From: Vermamoeba vermiformis
Taxonomy: Eukaryota
Direction of reading: 5' to 3'
Length of the DNA: 64,000 nucleotides
NCBI GenBank assembly: GCA_045837725.1
Contig: JBEWZL010000048.1
Coordinates: forward strand, 186,001-250,000
Both the position numbers and the translations under genes were made by a program. Below are positions 14,301 to 25,288 of the stretch, in pieces. The number at the start of each line of letters is the position of its first letter. Positions within the stretch are counted from its first letter, which is position 1. Below the pieces are notes generated by a model. That model saw only the letters and a program-made list of their open reading frames with translations. It made no database searches and was not told the origin of the DNA.

Positions 14301-14383
14301 TTTTAGGAAACAGATCAGCCCAAGCTTCACTGACACTGCTTTGAACTAATTTGGTGCCTCGCTAGCCCCGCGATGATGTTTAG
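8394..14383 (+). CDS. ZFC3H1: ZFC3H1/Red1-like zinc-finger protein (PAXT/MTREC exosome adaptor) with C-terminal HAT/TPR-like repeats
   Basis: N-terminal EEELLRQMLLQSM and EEGEISD; YESPLSVFSSYR...WSNKINPHVMFCKYDLHGTCNDDECHAQH zinc finger; ALHVLSRALEHN...LWYYYL repeats. Confidence 0.8.
13894..13944. repeat. Intronic AT-rich direct repeat (ATTTACATTTATCTATTATTTAC x2) in a low-complexity intron
   Basis: Two 23-nt copies at about 13894 and 13922. Confidence 0.7.
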
Positions 14384-15080
14384 GTGTAAGTCTCTATTCT
14401 ATTACTATATATAGAGTCGTGTTTGTTAAGTACAATTTATTTTCATGCGCGCAGTGGATCTGAACGACATTGCCGTGCAGTGGTGCCATCGATGAGACCT
14501 CGTAGTAATATATATATAGGATTAGTATTTATTTTTGTTCATATTTGTGCCAAATTTGTGATATATAACACTATGGTCTTATGTAATATAACGGATCTCT
14601 TCAGCGAAAACTCCAGTCCCTCCTTGTCTGTCAATAACGAGACTACTAGTCGCTGAATATAGCGCACTAGAAGTACTGTTATTGCAGTGAATGGAGGGCC
14701 TATTGTCAATTGAACGACGAATGTTAATAATAAAAGTGTTCAATTTCATCATTGCTACTCGACTTCTCTAATAAGCTCTATGTTGTTATTATTATAGTTA
14801 ACTCAACGATTGAGCTAAATTACGAGCCAATCTTCAGCGACTGAAATCACAGTGTAATTGCAGTTCTAGAACGATGCGACATGTCAATCGACACAGCCAC
14901 ACCGTCCTTAATTGATTGCTAATAGAACACTCGCCTTGATGCGCATAATAAGGTCCAGCCAGCTGCTACTTTACAGTTCTATCCCAGAATGTGCGGAATT
15001 ATACAACCCTTGCCGACGTTGCCAATTTTGAATGTTTTGAAACATGCCCTATTAGTAGCCACAGGAGTGACATCAGCAGC

Positions 15081-16299
15081 ATGAATCGGAGACTCGCCAT
15101 CCTATTCGGCCTCATTGCCGTCTGTTGCATATCACTGGCTATGTATTATTACGAGGCAATGAGGATGTTCGAAGATGTCCCTCTCATATTCGAGAAGCCT
15201 GTTGGCAATGAAACAACTATAGACGATGTGCTCATATTAGTGTTCACTGGTAGGTTGTTGGGCATTTATTTTGATTTTTCATTATTATTATTATTGTAAT
15301 AACTGGAAATCGCGGTTTAAAATCAACTTTAGTAGTATTTATGCTGCACCCATAATTATGAAATTAATTGCGTTCAATCACTCCGGATTTGCAAACTTCC
15401 TCAAAGCAGTTTACACTCAACCGTTGCTCCACTTGCGACACTAGTGCCTACAGTGCTATATTAACGACACCTATGACTAGGCCAAGGCACGCGCGCACGA
15501 TTGAAGACATTTATGGAGACTTGGCTGCGTCACCTGCCACTGACCTCGTTCATCGTGTACACCGATGAGGACAGCACATTATTGCCTAATATGGTCAATG
15601 TCGGTGGAGGTGAGTGTCTGACACCATCACGTGCGTTACTGACCGCACACTTTCAGCCAATGAAGGCCATCAGATGACGACCAAAGTACCGCGCGGCTTT
15701 CGTGACGCGTACAAGCGCTATCCACACAAGCGCTGGTTCTACAAAGTGGACGACGACACCTTTGTAGTGGTGCGCAACTTGGTGAAGACACTGAACAGCT
15801 ATGACTGGCAGAAGGTGCAGTACATAGGGCACCGCATGAACATCAACAACTTTGTCGATTGCAATGGCGGGGCTGGCTATGCCATCTCGCAGGGTGTGAT
15901 GCGCACATTCATGAACGAGACGTCAGAAACAGGCTCGGACTACTACCGCTGCATGACCAACGAGTGTGGCCGCACCGCTGAGGACCAGTGCATGGCGATC
16001 TGCATGCGCAAGTACTTCAAGCGCGATTGCGAGAACAATTACGGCTTCAACATGTACGAGTCCGATCAGAAGTCGCGCGCCCCTGACTGCGTGCACCAGG
16101 TACGTGCTGTGCTGTAGCTAGTAGTGTGATATATATATATATATGTGTGCGAGTACTCATTGTGGCGCAGTGCATCTCGTTGCATCACGTGTGGGGCAAC
16201 AAGGTATACACGTGGTACAAACAGCTCTACACGGATTACGAAGCGGGTCTCGGCATCAACACGATTATCAACACCTTCAACACTACGCAGCAATTGTAA
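15081..16299 (+). CDS. GT31 (Fringe/C1GALT1-like) glycosyltransferase, type II membrane protein
   Basis: N-terminal TM anchor; WFYKVDDDTFVVVRNL (DxD), GGAGYAIS, ED and ISLHH motifs. Confidence 0.85.
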
Positions 16300-16758
16300 T
16301 ATAGTCGACGAGTCTCGTGTGGTGGATGTTACTCGAAGACAGGATGTGAATAAATTTCGATTTTTTATCAATTTTATTGTTCGAACAGATATTTTGTTTC
16401 GGGCTGCTAGTCTATTATCATCTTTGCTTTAAGTAGCAACTATCGGACTTGCACTTGGTAGAGTTCAGTATTGAATTGAGCAGACGTTCAACGATCTGAT
16501 CTGGATCCACCAACAACGGTTGCAGATAGTTGCTTAGAGGCCCAACCAATATATTTATTTATTTGACAATAAGTGATCGTACTGAGCTGATTACTATCAT
16601 ACATCGAGATCGAGGTAAGCTTTCCAACTAACGGTTTATCAAATAATTGAAAATTAATAATAAATGGCTTACAATGCAACGCATATCACAAATTACGTCA
16701 CGTTAATATACCGTCAAGTCTTGTTGCTAAGGAAAATTTTTCGGTTTCAGATCCAAGC

Positions 16759-18171
16759 ATGATCTACGTGAACAAAGCTGACTGGACGCGTCAACTGCTC
16801 GCTGGAGTTCAGCGACGCTTTGCCACTATGATTTTGAGCATCACTGCGCTCATAATCACGTGTTTGATATTGCAGGCGCGCTATCCTTACTTCTTCGAGT
16901 TTGAAGATGCAGATTTCGACTACAAACTGACACCGATTGGCAAGCCCTGGCACCCTGACTTCAAATACAACGTGCTGCTCAATGGCCACTGCCACACCGA
17001 CAATCGTAAGTGCAGACTACTGTTTGACACGTGTCACTGATCACGTGCTGTCAGCGGAGGACGACGGCCAATTGACCAATCGCCAAGTGATCAAGTGGCA
17101 CATTGCCAACGGCTTCAACGCCACGGTGATCACAGGCCACAACTCGCTCAAGCCCGCCAAGCGCACACGTGACCTGGCCCGAGCCGAGTACAGCGCGGAG
17201 CTGAAAGTGTTGCTGGGCCTGGAGTGGACCAACTGTCGCATGCACATGAACCTGATCGGCATTGAACACGAGCCTCCGAACTGGAAATATCCGAGCGACG
17301 AACAGATCAAACAGGTGATCGACTTCACGCACGAACAGGGCGGCGTGGTGGTACGACTGACCAATCATAGCGCACCAGACATTGCATGCTAACTACTGAC
17401 CTAGGTGCTCAATCACATCCCCTGGTCTATACCGCGCATGCTCGACTATCCGAGCAAAGAACAAATGGCGCAGTGGGGCATCGACTACATTGAAGTGGCC
17501 TCGTCCGAGTACTTTGATTTGCAGACCTTTGTCTACGTGCGCGACCAACACTTGGGCATGATCACTGGCACGGACATGCACTACCCTGAGCCTGGTGTGT
17601 ACCGCTCGATACACGACGCATATTTGCACCTCACTCATTCATCTTTGCAGTTCATGCGTGGACACTGCTCCAGGCAGAGGAATTCACTGAAGAAGCGATC
17701 ATGCAACAACTGCGTGACAGACGCACGAGCTTTATTTACGACGCGTATGGTCGCAGAGGGTAAGTGACACGTGTCAAACAAAGACTTTAGTGCTAATTGA
17801 CTCGCAGCACGGAACAATGGCGCTGGAAGAAGTTCAACAGCTTCATTTCTCCGTTCGTGCTGCTCGGCGAAGTGATTCGATACAAGTGCGTGCTTGACAA
17901 CACTGTAGTTCGTCATTACTAACACCCCTCTAATAGCTTCTACCGCGAAGACAAGGGCATGTGGAGTTTTGTGGACGGCACGTTCTGCGAGGAAGACCAC
18001 ACCATCTTCTACCTGCACTGGGGCATGATCGTCATCACGCTGTTCTGGGTGCTGCTGCTCTTCGTGCTGGGCGAGATTGCGCGCTTGATTGTCACGCACT
18101 ACTGGCAACAGCACTGCAAACATCGCTGGGGCCGCGAACTCAAACAGCAGTCGGTCAAGTACTCGCTCTAG
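16759..18171 (+). CDS. PHP (polymerase/histidinol phosphatase)-domain protein with N- and C-terminal TM helices
   Basis: Metal-ligand motifs HCHT, ITGHN, GLEWT, HMNLIG, NHIPW and GTDMH. Confidence 0.75.
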
Positions 18172-18273
18172 TCTCGCTAAATATCGCCCTCGGGGCACTC
18201 TCCTTGTATCATAGTCGCGAATAAAATCACCCTCAATCCAACAACAGCTATTTACAAGTATTACAGTGCGACA

Positions 18274-19940
18274 CTACTGCGTCCACACGGGCGAGTTCAA
18301 TATAAACAAATTCGCTTCTTCCGCTTTGATCCAGCGCAGCAGTTGATTGCACGCTTTGATCGCTTTGGACTTGGCAATGATCGGTCCAAACAGTGCCACC
18401 AGTTCAAAGCCCTCTGTCACCCAGGCCAGCGAGGTCTCGCCGCTCGTGCTGTGCATCACCACTTTGGCGGGCTTGACGCTGCTCTGCACGGCACGTGTGC
18501 GCAGATGACTCCACAGACGAATCACGCGTCGCTGTGCAGCAGGGGCAGAGTACTGTGCGGGCCAGGCAGGGGCTGTCAGCTGCGCAGTGGTGCGCGACAC
18601 GAAGACGAAGTGCCGCAGTTCGGGGGGCGAGAGCGGGGGCGGGGGCAAGCGCCAGTCCTTGTCACGTGCTGCCTCCGCGAGTGCATTGACGAGTGCGGGC
18701 TGTGCATTGATCTGCTGCGCGAGTCGGTCGCGGTAGTCGTTGAGCACGAAGAAGTCGTCGGGTGACAGCGAGATGAGTGCCAGCATGACAGGTGTCAGCG
18801 GAGATACGCCGTGCAGGTCGAGGAATGACGCGTGCAGGTGCAAATAGCCCTGCGAGTTGAATGTGGGCAGACAGATCGGTGTCCAGACCTGATTGGTGCT
18901 CTGTATTTGATTGATCATAGTCTCGGTGGTCAGTTGATTGAACAGCAAGTGCAGATCGCGCGTTTTGAGAATGTAGCGCCGAGGACGCACGAGCTGCACC
19001 AGTCTGCCCTGCACGAGCAGCACGGCGTAGAACAGCTGTTGCGAGTCTGCAGGCTTGAGCTGTTGCATCATCGCGCCGAGTGCATTGCGGATCTGACTGT
19101 TGAGGCGCAAGCAGTGGATGGCATTGAACAGCAGGTCTGGTTGTCGCACTGCAGAGCGTATCATATTGTCGAAGAACACATCCGCACCACCCAGCAGATT
19201 GCGCGCATCGAATTGAGGCTTGCGCGTCAACACACCGTGGATCATGTTGGTCAGCAGCGAGATGATCTGCTCGTGCAAGTAGTCGAGTTGTTGCTCCAAG
19301 TAGTGTCGCGTGTCCGAGATGTGACTGCTCGTCATCACCAGGTGAAAGGGTCCTATATTCTTGAATACGATCTTCACTGGCCCTGCAACGATCATTTGAA
19401 GTGCATCTGGCTTGGCATTGAGCAGCTTGAGCAGTGCAGGATTGGCACCAATCAGCTCTTGCGACTCGACAAAGCTGTTCATGCCCGTCAATACGCCCAT
19501 CAGTGTTGTCAGCTTCATCTCATCGCCGTAGCGGCTGTAGATCGGTTTGCCTGCATTCGTCAAAATAAACGCGTGTCGTTTGTGATAGCGCCACGAAGGT
19601 GTCTCCATATCTATATTGTCATATTTCTAATCAGTGTCGTGCTCGGTGCCAATAACAAGTGCCTCAGAAATTGAAAAATCAAAAGAAAAATAAAAAAAAT
19701 TGGATCAAATAATTACAAAATCAAATACTACGCACCTTCATCCTCGCCTTTACGTTTACGTCTCGCGTCATTAGTAGTATCATTGTTGTTGTTTAATTCA
19801 GCTTGTTGCAGCACTGACTCTTCGCTCATCGCAGGCAGAGCGAGCTGTGGATCTGCCTCGCTGATAGTGCTGTCAGAGAACAGCGTGGTGTTCTGCGTCT
19901 GACCAGGCACGATGAGTGGTTCTTGACTGAGATCTTCCAT
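18274..19940 (-). CDS. MON1: Vacuolar fusion protein MON1/SAND (Rab7 GEF subunit); the first exon is ORF 19728-19940
   Basis: FILTNAGKPIYSRYGDE, FDARNLLGG, WTPICLPTFNSQGYLH, LLRWIKAEEANLFI; AT-rich intron 1 splices in frame (GEDE|DMETPSW). Confidence 0.92.
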
Positions 19941-20062
19941 CGTGCTAATCGTGAATGTCTCGTGCTTAATAGCTCACGCGTGCTGTTGTTCTCATCTGTT
20001 GGACACTCAATACAACAGCAACACAGCTCGCAGTACTGAATCAATATTATTGCAATTTAACG

Positions 20063-20410
20063 ATGACCACACATATGAATGGCAGCACTACGATCAAAGA
20101 AACTAACGAGCCGGTTGAGTTGCTGCATTCACTCGTGGAAACGGCGCAGAAGATCATCCAGTCCCCAACTCAATCAGAGAGCTTGTTTCAGCAATATCAA
20201 CAGCAGTTCTTTGCATTGCAAACACTAGTAGCGGCTTTAGAGACTGCTTCACAACCAACACAGCGAGATCTGGATCAAACACAGATCGAGCAGTTACAAA
20301 GCTCAAAAAAAGAATTAGAGCTTGAAGTTGCAGCCAAAAATAAGCGCATTGAAGAGCTCATTAAATACTTGCGCTTATTGAAAATTACTATTGAGAGCTT
20401 GCGAGCTTAA
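20063..20410 (+). CDS. Small coiled-coil protein, possibly Mediator subunit MED30-like
   Basis: Single-exon 115 aa; C-terminal QIEQL...ELELEVAAKNKRIEELIKYLRLL resembles the MED30 C-terminal helix. Confidence 0.45.
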   Translation: MTTHMNGSTTIKETNEPVELLHSLVETAQKIIQSPTQSESLFQQYQQQFFALQTLVAALETASQPTQRDLDQTQIEQLQSSKKELELEVAAKNKRIEELIKYLRLLKITIESLRA

Positions 20411-20685
20411 TTTTGGAGAAGATGCACAGCTTATTTAATAATTATGCCGTCATGAGGGTTGTGCTTCATGCACTTTATAGCAACAAATGATACAATACAA
20501 AAATCAAAACACACCACTGGTCAGATATTCCAATCTTCTGTCGTGTGACAGATGTTTCGCGTGCAATGTTCGAACAGCTGTAGAAGCGTCTAGAAGGTGT
20601 CATAATAGCCTCAAATAGCCATCGATCAAGTTCTGTCAATTCACACCAACAACAAGCAACGAACAACACAACAATAATAATAACA

Positions 20686-21797
20686 ATGTCTAGCACTGAC
20701 CTCAAGCCAATTGAGCTCTACTCGTGGGGCACACCCAACGGATGGAAGATTGAAATTGCCTTGGACGAACTCAACTTGGCTTATAATGTAAGTGATAGTC
20801 TATAATGTACTTGGATAAGACCCGTGCAGTCGTGGAACGTGTTTGCAATCTGGTTTTAAAGCACGGAGTAAATTTGAGCAGCTCCGCGATATTTTCAATA
20901 ATGTCAACCACAATACTTAGCGCATCATATTATTTATATATTAGCGCTATTATTATTGTCGTTATAAACGATTCACCGTAATTAACTGGTACAAATTGAA
21001 AACTTTGCAATCATATTTTCTCCTCGTCGCGTGGTTCACTAACTAACACGAATCTATTCGCACAGTACCACGGCATCAATATTGGTGCTGGCGATCAGTT
21101 CAAGGAGGAGTTCTTGCGCATCTCACCCAACAACAAGATCCCTGCCATTGTTGACCCCAACACGGACTTGAGTGTATTTGAATCAGGCGCTATTCTCACC
21201 TACCTCGCGCAACACTATCGCTCTCGCAGCACTGAACAGCTCTTGCCCAATGCTGAAGCGGATCCTCGCGGCAATGCAGCAGTGTTGCAGTGGGTAAGCG
21301 GATCTGAACTATTAACCAGCGACTAGTAGTGCTTACACTTCCACGCAGTTAAACTGGCAGATGGGTGGGTTCGGTCCCATGCTAGGCCAATACAATCGTA
21401 AGTTCACTGCACCCTGCAACGCTAGATCTGACTCGTGCTCGCAGACTTCTTCAACTACGCGCCAGACAAGATTGAATACGCCATCAATCGCTACAGAAAT
21501 GAGGCCAAGCGACTCTTTGGCGTGCTCGACAAACAACTCGCTGCCACCAATGCCTATGTCGCTGGAGCACACTACTCCATCGCTGACATTGCGATCTGGC
21601 CCTGGGCAATCATGATCCCGCGATTCGGCGAAGAGTTCTCAGCATTCAAGCACGTGAACGAGTGGATCGAACGTCTAAAGCAACGTCCAGCTGTTAATAA
21701 GGTGTGGACTAAGGTGTCTGAAACCGTTTCTAAGCCTCCCGCTCCTTTCACTGATGAGCAAAAGAAGATCTTGTTTGGGATTGAAACCAAGAAATAA
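20686..21797 (+). CDS. Glutathione S-transferase, YfcG/Ure2-like class
   Basis: LYSWGTPNGWK, ISPNNKIPAIVD, VFESGAIL, WQMGGFGPM, YSIADIAIWPW; 3 introns. Confidence 0.92.
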
Positions 21798-21968
21798 GCT
21801 GTGAGCTATCTGTAAATAAATATTGATGAGAATGTATTTTGAGAAAAGTGCCTATGCTTATTAATTTTCTTCCGCCTTCTTGGCCAAAAGCCCGCGCAAA
21901 CGCTATTTGGTCAGATCACGAAATATTTAAAAACTAAGCACAACAACTCGTGTAAATACTCAATATAC

Positions 21969-23248
21969 ATGGCAACTCTAAAAATAAAGAGTTCTGGTGC
22001 TAAACAACCGCGTCCTCCTGGTGCAGTACCTTGGGTTGAAAAATAGTAAGTCCAATTAATAATAAGAATTATTATTATCTCGCCAAAGTGGTCGACAACC
22101 TTTAATTAATTGCTGTGAACATTTATAAACGATGTTAAAATCAAATACATTATTAATGGTGACATCTAGTCGACCTAAATCAATGGACGAGGTCGTGCAT
22201 CAAGAAGAGGCAGTCAAAACACTCAAAAAGTCAATGGAGACAGGCAATGTAAGGAATACATAGCGAATATCACTACTAGACACTCACCTCGCACTTCAGC
22301 TGCCCCATCTGCTCTTCTACGGTCCACCAGGCACCGGCAAGACGAGCACCATTCTCGCGCTGTGTCGGGATCTGTTCGGCACACCTGAACTCATCAAACA
22401 GCGCGTGCTCGAGCTCAATGCGTCAGACGAGCGCGGCATTGAAGTCGTGCGCAATAAGGTACCCTTGGATTTCCTTATTTGGTAAAACTAATCACGTGAT
22501 CTCGCAGATCAAAACCTTCGCGCAGGGTCAAGTCAGCCAACAAGTGGTGAATGGCCGTCAATTGCCGCCCTTCAAGCTGATCATTCTCGACGAAGTGGAT
22601 CAAATGACTTCTGACGCACAGAACGCGCTGCGCCGTGTGATTGAAATCTACAGTCACGTGACTAGATTTGCACTGCTCTGCAACTACGTCTCGAAGATCA
22701 TCGATCCAATCACCTCTCGCTGCGCTAAATTTAGATTTCAACCCCTGCCACACGAACCTGTCAAAGCTCGACTCGAACACATTGTGACAGCGGAAAAACT
22801 CATGACAGACCAGTCGAGTGCGCAGATTGATCTATTTTTAGACGCGCTGATTCGCTTGTCCGAGGGTGATTTGCGCAAGGCCATCACGTACCTGCAGAGC
22901 GCGTATCGACTGTACGGCAGCAAGATGACGCTGCAGGCACTGAACGACATTGCAGGCGTGGTGCCTGAAGAGCAGATCCGCACTCTGTTTGCGGCCTGTC
23001 GCTCCAAGGGCTTCAAAGAGGTGCAGCACGAGGTGCAGACCCTGGTAGATGACGGCTACTCCACCGCGCAAGTGCTCAAACAGCTCTCCGATCACGTGAT
23101 TCGAGCGCAGGACATTGACGATGTGCGCAAATCACGTGCGCTGCTGTACTTTGCCGAGTCAGACAAGGCCCTGGTTGATGGCGCGGATGAACTGCTGCAA
23201 CTGCTGCACGTCACCACTAGCACCATGCGCGTGCTGCAACAAGTGTAG
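21969..23248 (+). CDS. RFC4: Replication factor C small subunit (human RFC4 / yeast Rfc2 type)
   Basis: [45 protein letters not shown]. Confidence 0.93.
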
Positions 23249-23387
23249 AATAGTAAAGACATCTTAATTGTACCTCCCTGTGTAGTCCTTCGGTGTCGCG
23301 GAGATTTCAAGTCACGTGACTGGTCTGCAAAAAATCAACTGCTGGCCTTCAGCAGCAATTTTATCACAGTTTGTTATAATCAACACC

Positions 23388-23783
23388 ATGTCACTGCTCA
23401 ATTACAGCGCGATTATCAAGTACAAGCCACTGTACCCAGTCATTCACTCACATCCAGGCTTTGGACTTGTTTTCAACAACTTCAATGCCAGTGACTATCA
23501 AATCTTGACTGCTGCCACTGTTGGATCTGCTCCAGTTGGCTTCTTTTTTGGTCGCGCAAACCGTCGTGCCTCAATGTTCATCTACAGCATGATTGGCTTC
23601 ACTTTTGGCTTTTTTTACAGTTACCAATCCTCTGCTGCTCGTTTGATGGGCTATCGCAGCAACGAAGCTTTGGTCAAGAAATATCCGTTCCGCCTCGATA
23701 CACCCACACCAGTACCGACTGATGCATTTAGAGAACCCACTGCCGAGGATATTGAACGTAACAAACAAGAACCCAATTATTAA
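23388..23783 (+). CDS. Mitochondrial complex I accessory subunit, NUXM/20.9-kDa type
   Basis: YPVIHSHPGFGLVFNNFNASDY...GFFYSYQSSAARLMGYRSN. Confidence 0.8.
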   Translation: MSLLNYSAIIKYKPLYPVIHSHPGFGLVFNNFNASDYQILTAATVGSAPVGFFFGRANRRASMFIYSMIGFTFGFFYSYQSSAARLMGYRSNEALVKKYPFRLDTPTPVPTDAFREPTAEDIERNKQEPNY

Positions 23784-23978
23784 TAATAATTTTTGAAATA
23801 ATATTTTTTATTCAATTTTACGCTAATAATTAGCATCAATACTGCGTTATTTATTATTTAATTGCGCACAAATTGTACATATAAATAAATTCTCAATAAT
23901 AATAGCGCAGATAATTTTCCAACAAACACCACATCCACTGCTAACTGTACAACGATGTTTATTACGAATGACAAAACA

Positions 23979-25198
23979 TTAAAAGAATCGTTTGCGAATC
24001 TTGTGCAGCGAATAGGCCACTGACCGCGCAGGCCCAGCAGTGAGCAGTCCTTTGATGGTCTGGATGCGACTCGAGCGCGCCACTCGCTGACTGAGCTGTG
24101 CGTGCAGGGTGTTGCTCGTGCTGCTGCTGTGTGCCGTGTTCTGATGCGCGCTGACACTGACACTGGCCGCGTGACGCAGGGGTGGTGGCACGTGCTCCAG
24201 GAGTGCTGTCACATCACGTGGCACGACGAATTCGTCAGCAGCATTCAACAGCCCCCACTGCTGCAGAATGGGTCTATAAATAGCATCAAATGCGCTGCCG
24301 TCCCCGACCACGCGGGATATCTTGTCGGGACTCTCCGCCCAGCCCATGCGAATATCTCCGCGGTACGACACGCCGCTCAGATGTGCGTAGAACTCGCGAC
24401 ACGTGATCGAATGCCGCAAGCCCTGGTCGATGGACTGCGCGGTGAGGAGCAGGGCAGTGATCGCGACAGCAGCGCGGTGATTGACAGCGAGTGCGTGCTG
24501 CAGTGTGACACTTGGTTCATGAACGGTCAACACGGGCTTGTGCAATCTCCCCGCGAGATAGATGTGTGACCAGTGCTCGAGATCGTCGACCAGGGCAGTG
24601 GTGCTGACCACACCATATTTGTACATGTCTGGTCCCTCGCTGAGAGTCACGTAGGGGTGATACCTAGCAGCGGTCAGTGCGAGGGTTGGACAGTGTGGCT
24701 GTCGTGCACTGAACACAGCGAGACTAGTGTACTGAGCCCTGTAGCACTAGTACTGATATCGCTGCACGAATACGTACCATATACCAGGGCCCCACTGCTG
24801 CACGCGTTGCATGGCACGTGAGGGTTGTGTGACACGTGACTGCGACTTGACGGCACTGTAGCGCCAGTAACTCGCGTAGTGCTGAGGATTGCGCGTCATA
24901 TTGTGCGCGTGCCAATCATTGAGGTGTTGGTCGTCAATCACCAGCACCACATCTATTTGTTTCTCTTTGGATGCTGACGAACAAAATTAGAATTATTACT
25001 CAGTGTCAATTATTGTTAATAATAAAATTTAATTTGGCCATCAACTTAACGCAAAGTCTTACATAAAGTATTTGCAGCGGTATTTTTACTCTCCGAAGGT
25101 TTTGCAAATAAACTGGATCCGTAGCAGAATGCGTACTGCAGTCCAGTGTTGGGCAGTACTTTCATCAACTTGCTGACTTTGTGCAGAACTGGCTCCAT
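23979..25198 (-). CDS. TAM41: Mitochondrial phosphatidate cytidylyltransferase Tam41/Mmp37
   Basis: YAFCYGS, YKYGVVST, IYLAGRLHKPV, SYRGDIRM, QTIKGLLTAG. Confidence 0.92.
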
Positions 25199-25288
25199 GT
25201 AATGGTTAATATTCACGTCTTGTGTTCATGACTCGTTGGGAGTGAATAATCATGGCGATTACAGGTTGAGTTTATTGCGGATAATTGC

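Noticed and set aside
19728-19940. Separate 70-aa gene
   Set aside because: It splices in frame into MON1 as exon 1.
20686-23248. Alternative genetic code or stop-codon readthrough suggested by fragmented ORFs
   Set aside because: In the genes checked, the breaks are explained by short spliceosomal introns, and TAA, TAG and TGA all serve as stops in the window.
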